Part shown: piece after piece, positions 33,256 through 42,024 of the stretch
Layout: each line of letters starts with the position of its first letter
Position numbering within the stretch: the first letter of the stretch is position 1
Origin: a virus
Lineage: Duplodnaviria > Caudoviricetes
DNA: 58,099 bases
Virus record (IMG/VR): IMGVR_UViG_3300049043_000087
Location: 1-58,099 of that record
Reading direction: 5' to 3' (one strand)
Notes under the pieces: model-generated
Database searches by the model: none
What the model was told of the DNA's origin: nothing
What the model saw: the letters and a program-made list of their open reading frames with translations, nothing else
Program-made: the position numbers and the translations under genes

Positions 33256-33461
33256 TGGCGGACAAGGCTATACAAAAGGGATATACAAAGCGGTACTTAC
33301 CGGAATCCGCCTGGGCATCCCTGTCAAAAGAAGAACGGCAAGAGACAGACCAGAAGAAACGCTCTGGTAGCCGAGAAGGTAAACAGTTTGTGAAGAACAC
33401 AGAAGCGGCAGAGAAAGCAGGACGTGCAGCGCGTGCAGCCAAACGTTACAAGAACAAATAA
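33255..33461 (+). CDS. DUF5872-like protein, C-terminal half
   Basis: TKRYLPESAWASLSKEERQETDQKKRSGSREGKQFVKNT. Confidence 0.7.
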   Translation: MADKAIQKGYTKRYLPESAWASLSKEERQETDQKKRSGSREGKQFVKNTEAAEKAGRAARAAKRYKNK

Positions 33462-33495
33462 AACCTCTATAATCAATAAAGAAATATTTTCTATC

Positions 33496-33645
33496 ATGGC
33501 TGACGGTAAAAAGTTTGTCCCTGGCAAAGGCATGGTTTCCGGTGGCAAGGCAGCCCCTGAAAAAGGCGCCAAGAAAGAAGCGGTTCCCCCAAAGAAAGGA
33601 GCAATGCCTCCCAAAAAGGGTGCGGCCCCCAAGAAGAAGAAGTGA
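33496..33645 (+). CDS. Small Lys/Pro/Ala-rich basic peptide
   Basis: MADGKKFVPGKG...PPKKGAMPPKKGAAPKKKK; preceded by TATAAT. Confidence 0.6.
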   Translation: MADGKKFVPGKGMVSGGKAAPEKGAKKEAVPPKKGAMPPKKGAAPKKKK

Positions 33646-33709
33646 TTTCACACCAACTTCTAATTTGCTCCTAATTTGAAATAGATTAGGAGTTCATTCA
33701 GGAGTTGGC

Positions 33710-34384
33710 GTGACCACACTTGTTGCAAACGTTCCGCCCGTCAAGGTGTGGGTGCGGCGCGAGTATTTGCGTGACCTGCGTGACGGCCATGGGGAATACA
33801 CCCCTGGCTACTGGGTCACCTGCAAATCACTGACGGGCCGTGCCCTGTACTTTGAGACGTACCTGACGGAGTACGGAGCGTTGTATGACAAGCTGCCCAT
33901 CAGTGCGTTTTTGTCCTGGGATCCTGACCACCCGGACAAACCCGTGGCACCTACCCCAGATCTAGAGCTGACTGACCTGCAGTTCTGGAATGGGTTTGAC
34001 CATGGGCTTACGGTCATTGAAAAGAACTTGATCTTCAACATGGAGTTTCAGGTGATGACACGAAGCCAAGGTGTAATGAAGGGCACATACCTATTTACGG
34101 TTGACAATTATCATCCTCACAGGAACGAACCCGATTTCTACTTTGCGGAGTTTCCAGATGAGCACAAATCCCATAACATCGTGGCTCTGGACAACGGTCA
34201 AATTGGTGCTTATCCCAATAACCGTTGTCGCATGTGCGATCCATCATTGACCAACCACACCCTGAAGAACCCTGACTTCAAGGTATCCACTCGTTATTTT
34301 GACGTGGAGCATGCACCAAAGTGGGGACGCCTTGGAGAAACAGACGATTACTTTTGGAAAACTCCAAATGAAGCTGTAAAATAA
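33710..34384 (+). CDS. Conserved hypothetical phage protein
   Basis: Intact 224 aa ORF (GALYDKLPISAF, EHKSHN, AYPNNR). Confidence 0.8.
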   Translation: MTTLVANVPPVKVWVRREYLRDLRDGHGEYTPGYWVTCKSLTGRALYFETYLTEYGALYDKLPISAFLSWDPDHPDKPVAPTPDLELTDLQFWNGFDHGLTVIEKNLIFNMEFQVMTRSQGVMKGTYLFTVDNYHPHRNEPDFYFAEFPDEHKSHNIVALDNGQIGAYPNNRCRMCDPSLTNHTLKNPDFKVSTRYFDVEHAPKWGRLGETDDYFWKTPNEAVK

Positions 34385-34410
34385 TTTTAGTTCCCGCTCT
34401 CTTTTGATCG

Positions 34411-34588
34411 GGCAGCTGGGGTGACTCGTTAGGCAGATAGCCTAGAAGGAGAGCCAAGATAGAGATCAGGTCCCTGCTTGCACACCTGATCCATCTACTT
34501 AAAGGGTACAACAAGGAACGTTGTATTAAACGAAGAGTCCCTTAGGCCACACCGTAGATTATTGTAGGTGGACACTCTCGCCCTGCTT
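34411..34588 (+). ncRNA. Highly structured RNA, possibly of the manA motif class
   Basis: Hairpins TAGGC/GCCTA, GATCAGG/CCTGATC, TACAAC/GTTGTA, AAGGG/CCCTT, CACC/GGTG; long-range GGGTGA/TCGCCC, GAGAG/CTCTC, GACTC/GAGTC; class assignment from memory only. Confidence 0.6.
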
Positions 34589-34618
34589 CAAAGTTAGTTA
34601 TATTTATTACAGCAACAT

Positions 34619-34876
34619 TTGGTTTTAGTGCCCAGCTCCAAAGATAAGTTGCTGGAAAACAGACAAAAGCTTTTGGAGTACAAAAAAGCTTTGCAGTGCG
34701 AGCAGTGTGGTATATCCGATCATCGTCTTCTTGAGTTTCACCACGTTGGAGATAAAGATCACAATATTTCAAACATGGTGAATCACGGTTACGGCTGGAA
34801 TCGTATAGAAGAAGAGATTAAGAAGTGCATTCCACTCTGCTGCAACTGCCACCGCCTGGAGCATTGGAATGATTAA
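34619..34876 (+). CDS. HNH endonuclease
   Basis: CEQCG..LEFHH..EIKKCIPLCCNCHRLEH. Confidence 0.88.
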   Translation: MVLVPSSKDKLLENRQKLLEYKKALQCEQCGISDHRLLEFHHVGDKDHNISNMVNHGYGWNRIEEEIKKCIPLCCNCHRLEHWND

Positions 34877-35762
34877 TACGGAATAGTTATATTTATATCA
34901 TAAGGTGTTGGTTTAATAGGTAATGCATATAACAAAGCACGACCTAAAGCTGTAGCTGGGCTTTTGAATTGAGATTTGGTTTCTTTCATTTGACCGTACT
35001 GACCAGACGGGGTCGTAGAAGTTGGCGCTTTAGACGCAAAATATCCTTTAGTTGGATTCCAAATACTTTGTATTTCCTCAATTGCTTTAACCGGTTGAAA
35101 TTTACCAGACACAAGATCTGGATCTTCAGATGGATTTACCATGTCATAGGTATCTTTAAAAGTAATAGATTTACCTGGATCAACATTTACGTTATAAGAA
35201 CCAAGCGTATTAGTAACACTTGTGCCGACATCAGGGCGATTATAAGGTCGTCAGACCAGATATCAACCAACCCTGGTCCATATGCAGGGACAGACCCCAT
35301 TACGAAATCAGGCAAGTTTCTATTTTTAATACCCTTTGCAACTGTTTGTTTTAAAAAGTTTTCAAGAGGAGTATTAATATTTTTTGGGTCACCTGTTTTA
35401 ATTTGTTGTTGCATACTTGCAATTATTTCTTCCGGTACTTTTAGTGGGTTTGGAATCATTGCTTTTGCTAAAGGTTGTTGAGTAGCAGCGGCTCTCAAAT
35501 CCATTAATGTTGATGGATCTAACTGTAAGTTTGTATTACCAACTCCAGTAAGATAACGAGCAAATAGATTAACTCGATCTGGCAGCTGATTTAACGCAGC
35601 ACCAACCATATTTTTTGTAGCCGCATTTATTTTTTCTTTTGTGGACTCAACAGCGCTTGCAGCACCCCCTGGCAATAAACCTCCAAACACATTTTTATCT
35701 ACTTGACCATAACCACGACCAACTTTATTTAAAAATTGTTGAAAGATATTTGGGTCAGCCAT
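34873..35762 (-). CDS. Hypothetical AT-rich protein (frameshifted)
   Basis: Pieces 35187-35762 and 34873-35142; N-terminus resembles the 31444 protein. Confidence 0.55.
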
Positions 35763-36312
35763 TACCCATTCCTCAGGGTAGCTTTTATAAACCAAGCTGC
35801 TTTAAAGGCCTGACCAACAAGGTCAGCAAGGTAATTAGCAATATCAATGGCACCAACTTTTTGTGCAATAGGTTCAAGCTTTTTGCACTTTATACCCAGC
35901 TCTTCCAAGTTCTTATAGTACACAGCAAGCATTTCTGTTCCCTTGTAGCTGGTAACGTGCTGAATACCAGGGCCTGCATCAGCGAGCCCACGGGCGCACA
36001 TGGGCAGCAGATAGTCCATGGAGCGAATGAACTCAGCTAACGTATCAAACTGTTCCAGATGAGCCTCGTACTGGTCCTTAAGGAACCCATGCACCCCGAG
36101 GAAGTTAGACCCCTCGTAGTTCAGGTGAATGAGATGGATTGTGTCTCAAGTTCCTTGAGGTAGGAGCAGAGGGAGATGCACTGCTGAATGAAGGCCCCGA
36201 CATCACCATTCTTTGATTTACCAGGAGCTTTGGGTTTGTCCTGGGGCTGAGGCGCCGCTTGAGTAGGTTCAGGTTGAGGCGCAGGAACCGCTTGAGTACC
36301 AGGAGTATACAT
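35762..36312 (-). CDS. dps: Dps/ferritin-like protein (one frameshift)
   Basis: H(L)NYEGSNFLGVHGFLKDQYE..EQFDTLAEFIRSM..KAAWFIKA. Confidence 0.75.
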
Positions 36313-36388
36313 AATCTTTATGGTCTTGGTTTTAGTTTACCATTCCTAAAATCTATGAAATTAAAATAAAACTAACAACAATAACCAA

Positions 36389-36727
36389 ATGAAAAGCCAA
36401 GAAAACTTTTTTGTAAATTACACATCCCTGGACGCCCCAGCATCAGGAGTATCAACCCTGGTTCAATTGGCACCCAGTTTAAATACAAAAAACTACGTAT
36501 TGTTTGTGACAGTTGCCAACATCAACACCAACGTTATCATTGCGTTAAATGGTTCAATTGATGGCAGTAACTGGTCAAAGATTATTGCCAACCAAACAAT
36601 TACAAGCAACGGCACTACTCATTACAACGTAGCGAACCATCCAGTTAAATACGTACAACCAGTGTTTGTTTCGGAATCAGGCGGTACCGCTGCCACCGTG
36701 TTATTCAGTCTTGGCGCTGGAGATTAA
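36389..36727 (+). CDS. Hypothetical beta-rich protein, possibly a virion component
   Basis: 112 aa ORF with GSIDGSNW. Confidence 0.6.
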   Translation: MKSQENFFVNYTSLDAPASGVSTLVQLAPSLNTKNYVLFVTVANINTNVIIALNGSIDGSNWSKIIANQTITSNGTTHYNVANHPVKYVQPVFVSESGGTAATVLFSLGAGD

Positions 36728-36945
36728 AGTGCGGGTTGCGTAATCCAACCTTCAATCAAATGCCCATAATCCCTGGGCTCAGTAACAGGTATTTGTGTTG
36801 ATTTGCACACATCACAAGTACCGTAGTGGTAGGTGGCACAGTGTTGTTTAGGTGCAATTACATCACACTGATACCACCTGCCGTACTTGGTACCGCACTT
36901 ATCACAGACCCAGGTGGGATAGTCAGCTTTCTTTTTCCGCGCCAT
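36724..36945 (-). CDS. Small Zn-finger protein
   Basis: CDKCG...CDVC..VTEPRDYG. Confidence 0.65.
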   Translation of the reverse strand: MARKKKADYPTWVCDKCGTKYGRWYQCDVIAPKQHCATYHYGTCDVCKSTQIPVTEPRDYGHLIEGWITQPAL

Positions 36946-37294
36946 TGATTAGGTCCAAGAACTGCTTGGCTTTATCGTACTCACGTTTTGTGTAGTTGTA
37001 GTTATCGGTTGCAGCTTGCAACAGTGCTTTAAACAATTGATCACCAGAAAGATCACAGCTGAATTCAGCCAAGGTGTCAGCAAAATACTGAGTTGCTTTT
37101 TCAAAAGCCAACAACTCAGTTTCACTTACAAGTTGAGTTACTGCGTTGGATGTGTCGTGCAAGTTCTCACGACTGTCTTTGGTAGCCATGGGTTTGTTTA
37201 AAGAAGCAACGGGTTGATGAGCTTTGTACCATTTCTGCCATTCTTTTATGGCTTCGATGGGAGTGCCGTCATGCCAATTTTGGTCAATGTCCAT
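36923..37294 (-). CDS. Hypothetical protein
   Basis: 123 aa ORF. Confidence 0.6.
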   Translation of the reverse strand: MDIDQNWHDGTPIEAIKEWQKWYKAHQPVASLNKPMATKDSRENLHDTSNAVTQLVSETELLAFEKATQYFADTLAEFSCDLSGDQLFKALLQAATDNYNYTKREYDKAKQFLDLINGAEKES

Positions 37295-37299
37295 GATTA

Positions 37300-37330
37300 G
37301 AAAGGACGCCCCACCAGTGTGGGACGCCCT
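37300..37330 (-). terminator. Probable intrinsic terminator
   Basis: Minus strand AGGGCGTCCCAC-ACTG-GTGGGGCGTCCT followed by TTCT. Confidence 0.6.
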
Positions 37331-37345
37331 AGGAGTTTTGTGTGT

Positions 37346-37600
37346 TTACTGTAAACCTTCAGAAATAAATGTGGGCTGCAGTTCACCAGCTTCCACACGT
37401 CTGATAGCTTCTTTCATTTCAAACCAGCGATCACGCATAACATAACCGGCTTCTTTAATGCAGAAGTCCTGCCACAAACCAGTGTACCGATGGTGCAAAG
37501 GATGAATTGGATCCTGGCGACCAGAGCATGCGTACATGTGTTCCATGAAGATCACACGTTTTTCTTGCTCTTTCAGATCCCAGTCAACAAGGTTATTCAT
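37346..37600 (-). CDS. Hypothetical protein
   Basis: MNNLVDWD...HPLHHRYTGLWQ. Confidence 0.6.
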   Translation of the reverse strand: MNNLVDWDLKEQEKRVIFMEHMYACSGRQDPIHPLHHRYTGLWQDFCIKEAGYVMRDRWFEMKEAIRRVEAGELQPTFISEGLQ

Positions 37601-37790
37601 TGTGAGCGATTGAAGTGACGGAAGTAAAGACGCCAACCACATCAGGGCTGGCTTCAAAGAGTAGCTCATCCAGCTCGTCCTGGAGTGCGGCTGCAACCTG
37701 TGTTGGTGTTTTGCCGACAAACGGATCGTAATCCACTTCCAAGTCCACCGCAAAAGACACGGTTAACTTTGGCACTGCAATCGGGTTCAT
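37593..37790 (-). CDS. Hypothetical protein
   Basis: 65 aa ORF. Confidence 0.6.
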   Translation of the reverse strand: MNPIAVPKLTVSFAVDLEVDYDPFVGKTPTQVAAALQDELDELLFEASPDVVGVFTSVTSIAHNE

Positions 37791-37861
37791 TGATAGCTAT
37801 AAAGACCTGTCCAGATTAGCAGGAAATTAAATTTGCTTCCATCAGATCTGCCCTGATGAAT

Positions 37862-38332
37862 TCAAAATGTGTTTCCTTTTTGAAGTAAAGTGACAACACG
37901 TAGCGCGTGTCCACCAAGGTTGGCCACGCAATGCTCAATCTGATTATTAAATAAGTAGAAAGTTCGTGGTTGATAGCGCAGCTCTAGTACATCTTTATTG
38001 TGATCATCAGCCTGGTAACCAAACAAGGTATGGCTAGGGTGATCTAAGTTTAGTTGCATGTTGATACATGACTGCCTGTAAGCATCTACATGCCAGTCAT
38101 AAAACGTAAACGGCGGAATCCGTAGTAGTCCTAGCCGATCAATAGGGTGGATTGCGTCTACTTCTGATAACGCTGGTTCTGCATCAATCCAAATTGGACT
38201 GATCCTCAACGCAATCAAAACCAAAGTGTTTTTGCCAGTCCTGTGGTTCACGGACTAAGGTTCTTGCAGATATTTAAAGAGCCTGGCAGATTTTGTTTTA
38301 AGCGGTGCGTAACAATCTTCTGGCAGGATCAT
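37862..38332 (-). CDS. Cupin / 2OG-Fe(II) oxygenase-like protein (frameshifted)
   Basis: YDWHVD...YLFNNQIEHCVAN (HxD...H triad). Confidence 0.55.
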
Positions 38333-38629
38333 TGGTTGTTAATTAGGCGTTCCAGGGAATGGGCTTGCTGTTGCTGGTAAAAACCAAGCCGTTCTTGAAT
38401 CACATTGTAATAGTTGATGGCAGCATCAACCATTTCTTCTGCTGTCATCTGAGATGCCAAGTTTTCATTTTGAAAGCATAGCGGCCGTCAGTATCGTGAC
38501 ACCCCACTCCTGCTTGCTACCAACAATGGCAGAAAGAGGAGTCCCATCATGCGCTGAACCCAGCCAGTAACTTGGAAACGTTCCCGTCAATCATGGGACT
38601 CCTTACGTATTTATTAATTGTATGGTGTG

Positions 38630-38959
38630 TTATTTATCAGCCCGCATCATGTAGTACCAGTAGGCACGAGCAGCGTTCTGATGGAAACGTTTGCCTTGTA
38701 GCAGCTTTAGTTTCTTGTATTCAAGATCATCAGCATTGCTGTTCTGGTACGCAGGCATCTGATCACCGTCGTACAACATGGAGGTTTCCAGCTCATTGAT
38801 CTGCAGTTGTAAGTTGCAGTCATCAACGGCATGGTTGTGGCAGCTCATTTTGATGTGAGCATCCTCCAGGTCAGTCGGAGGTTCCAGCTTCTCGTAGAAC
38901 TTCTCCCAAATGTTCGGGTGCTTCCAAGGCAACCAAGCCTTTATCCACTCCTGGTTCAC
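38630..38959 (-). CDS. Hypothetical protein
   Basis: 109 aa ORF. Confidence 0.6.
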   Translation of the reverse strand: MNQEWIKAWLPWKHPNIWEKFYEKLEPPTDLEDAHIKMSCHNHAVDDCNLQLQINELETSMLYDGDQMPAYQNSNADDLEYKKLKLLQGKRFHQNAARAYWYYMMRADK

Positions 38960-39600
38960 AGAAGATTCGTTTGGTGCGGATGCTGTATTCCTGGTAAGAC
39001 TTTGACTCCATGAGGGAGGCGGCGACCGGCTTTGTACCAGTTGCGGATGGCATCTAAATTCGGAATGATTTCAGTTTTGGTTTTGGGTTCGATCTTCTCT
39101 TCGAGGATCTTTCCACTCAAAGAACGTACCACGGTTTGTTTGGTTGTGGTTACTTCTTGTTCCACGCAGTAGGACTGCCGTTCTTCTTTTGTCCAGTCAT
39201 CCAACTCAGATGAAATTTCAACAGTGAAGTCGCGTTTTTTTATCAACACAAACTGATAGTTGCGCCCTGTTATTTTGTTTTCATCTTTAGGCAGTGCCCG
39301 CCTAAGCCAACTCAACAATCCCTTCAGTCCACGGAGCTGGGATTCGTGGTGACGCTTGGCTTGGGCCAGGAGTTCCGATTCCCTTTTGATGTGCTCAAGA
39401 GCTTGCTCATGAGATTCCATGGCGTAGTGGACACGATCCACTTTCTCAGAGCGTAAGGAAGCGCAATTTTCCAGCTCTGCTCGCGCCAAGTCCTGAGATT
39501 CAGGAGTGAGGAGAGGAAGAGAGCGCTCCAAGGCACCATAGTGTTCGTACAGCTGAATGATGGTGAGTTCGTTCAGCTTAGTTTGCGTGGCTTGAGCCAT
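38956..39600 (-). CDS. Siphovirus Gp157-like coiled-coil protein
   Basis: EKVDRV..AKRHHESQLRGLK..L, PNLDAIR..G..LPHGVK. Confidence 0.6.
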   Translation of the reverse strand: MAQATQTKLNELTIIQLYEHYGALERSLPLLTPESQDLARAELENCASLRSEKVDRVHYAMESHEQALEHIKRESELLAQAKRHHESQLRGLKGLLSWLRRALPKDENKITGRNYQFVLIKKRDFTVEISSELDDWTKEERQSYCVEQEVTTTKQTVVRSLSGKILEEKIEPKTKTEIIPNLDAIRNWYKAGRRLPHGVKVLPGIQHPHQTNLL

Positions 39601-39743
39601 GATCAGATGGTGTTGAAATGGGATTGAAATTTGTTGAGTGTGTAGGCCAGCAGCGCTGCGGCTGCTGTCCAAAGTAAATCTTTCAGTACAGGAAGTACGT
39701 AAGAAAGAAGTGCTTCAAACATGAGTTGAGATGTAGTGGAAAG

Positions 39744-39772
39744 CTGGTCAGTTTAACGTCGTGACCAGGACG
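39744..39772 (-). promoter_or_regulatory. Pseudoknot leader element, copy 1
   Basis: CGTC-CTGGTCAC-GACG-TTAAAC-TGACCAG; 21 nt before ATG at 39722. Confidence 0.8.
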
Positions 39773-40196
39773 GCCCTCGGCTACTGGAGATTGTTTAGTC
39801 TACGGACTCTGTCAAGTCCTCAGGCCAGTCAGGCATGTCATTGCCTAACGCTTCAGCACAGGCAGCATAAAGGGCATCCATCACAAAAGACTTCTGCCCT
39901 CCTCTTCTCCCCAGCTGTTCCAGAGTTCTAGATCAGGATCGGTTTCGTCCCATTCGATGTGAATGGTGCAGCTACCGTCTTCCTCATCAATCACTTCCAG
40001 ATTTAGCTTTTCGATCCAGTTCTTGTTCGACATGGCCAATCAGTACGTTTTGGGCGTAGTCTCATGATGCATCTTAAGGTCTGCAGCTAGCTTGACCAGC
40101 TCCCAGTGGGTGTCTTCTGGGACTTCAAGGTCATAGCGTGTGTGAGTAGTCATGCGTGATTTGAGTGCAAGTTGACGTGCGTAATCAAGAATGTCG

Positions 40197-40556
40197 TCAG
40201 TCATCAGGAAGCTGCTCCAGTGCTCGTCGGATGATTTGTTCATGTGCAGGTTGGTAGCACTGGTTTTCGCCTATGGCGGCAAAGTGCATTTTTAGTGCAT
40301 CCAGTGCCTGCTCCTTCAAGTTCGGTGGTTTTGGACGGCGGATGGCGCGGAGGTTATCGACCTCCCAAGGTGTCAGCCATTTTTTACAAAAGTCGAGAAC
40401 TGCCTCCAGCTCCTGGTCAGCTCCCCATTGGGCGGCGCGTATGGACAAATCCATATCACTTTCACCTAATAATGATGGTTTGCCATCGTTCCAGAATTGA
40501 GAAATCCACTGCTGCACCAGTTCCGGCGGTGGGGTGATGGGATGTTGTTGTGTCAT
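40197..40556 (-). CDS. PPPELV-family small phage protein, copy 3
   Basis: HPITPPPELVQQW..AAQWGADQELEA..LRAIRRPKPPNLKEQAL..IIRRALEQLPD. Confidence 0.8.
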   Translation of the reverse strand: MTQQHPITPPPELVQQWISQFWNDGKPSLLGESDMDLSIRAAQWGADQELEAVLDFCKKWLTPWEVDNLRAIRRPKPPNLKEQALDALKMHFAAIGENQCYQPAHEQIIRRALEQLPDD

Positions 40557-41492
40557 TTCTTGACGGCTGCTTGGAGTTGAGGCAAAGCTGTACCAGGAAA
40601 TGGCACGTAGCCTGCGTCCATCATGTTAAAGAACAAATCCCAGGCGTCATGCTGGGTAAACACCTCCCTTGGTTTGTAAGTACGCCAATGAGTCAGCGGC
40701 GCTTGTGATCCTGACTTGGTATGCAGCAGGACAAAACGTCCATTACTGGTGGCATCAGAAGGGGGTGCGTACCACCAGGCCACACACCTATCAGGCGTAC
40801 CACTGGGGCTGGCATTCCTGGCTTCCGTGCGTTTGCACAGCAGCTCCTGTACTTCTGAATCCAGGTCAGGTGGATGCACCAAGGTCTGAAGCCCTGCGAT
40901 TTCTTGTTGGAACAAAGCCACATTGTTGAGCTGACGCTGAAAGGACCCGCATGAACACCAAGGTTCAGATGCCGGAGCGGTGCTTTCGTTGTCCACCAAC
41001 TCAGCGTCCAGATCAACGGGCCGATTTGGAAGCCGCATCCCGTCCGGCGCAACCAGATGGCCCAGGTCCGTTTGGTCAGATTTGGAGCAAGGCTGTGAGT
41101 TTGTTGATGTCTGATAAGTGTATAAAACGGTCTGCCCAGTGCTTTTGAAGCTGAGCGTTTGGGGTGATGTGTCCGAGGGAGTGTCCATAGGTCCAGCCTT
41201 TGTAAAGGATATACGCGTTGTATCTCCACATCCCCGGACCCCGGTAGTCAGGTCCCAGGTATGCAAAGAAGTTTTTAAGACGCGTGGTGTAATCGTTAAA
41301 CGCGTGTTGGATCAGTGGCCGGTTGTAAGTTTGCTCACTACCATCCAAGCGCACCACAAGGCAAGAATCATCTCGGAGATAAATGCCGGCGACACCAGTG
41401 TCATCAAAGTCCTGGAACGCACGGCGTAGGTTCGACCGCGTGTAGATACAAGTTTGTGCGGCGTTAAGTTCTTGTTGAGTTTGGGTTGACAT
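40553..41492 (-). CDS. SWIM-type Zn-finger protein (frameshifted)
   Basis: WCSCGSF...PWCIHL across ORF pieces. Confidence 0.6.
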
Positions 41493-41757
41493 GGGCTGAG
41501 TTGAGTTGGGATGAGATCAGATGAAGAGGTCCTTGTTTGGATCTTCTTGCGTTTTGGTTTGTTTTGCATTGGAGTAAGCACTCTTTGCAACACGGTAGGT
41601 GGCATAAGCCAAAGCACCCCAGGCAACGGGATTCCCTACAACTGCAAGGATCACCAGCTCCTACCAAACCAAAGGTGCCAGCGGTAGCAATTGCCGCTTT
41701 TTCTTTAGGATTCATTTGTTTGACTAGAATTAAAATAAATTGTTCAGTGGTGTACAA

Positions 41758-42024
41758 ATGGAAATCAAGTACGTTCCACTCAGTAAGTTCCAGATCGAAC
41801 CTTCAATGGAGGATAAGTTCTGGGAAGAGAAAGTCAAAAGGTCAATAGAAGAATGCAATTCAGTCAGTACCTTGAAAGAAATGGCGACCCTGCTTGCGCG
41901 GATCGCCACTCAACGTCAAGGTGTGATTCGTGGGCTAGTGCAGGATATGTTCATCTTCAACAATGTTGCAGTTGAACAAGAAGATCTGACCAACCCAGAG
42001 ATCCCGAACGGGAATAAACTTTAG
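41758..42024 (+). CDS. Small helical protein, possibly a divergent NblA
   Basis: PSMEDKFWEEKVKRSIEECNSVSTLKEMATLLARIATQRQGVIRGLV; lone plus-strand gene with upstream TAGAAT/TAAAAT. Confidence 0.5.
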   Translation: MEIKYVPLSKFQIEPSMEDKFWEEKVKRSIEECNSVSTLKEMATLLARIATQRQGVIRGLVQDMFIFNNVAVEQEDLTNPEIPNGNKL

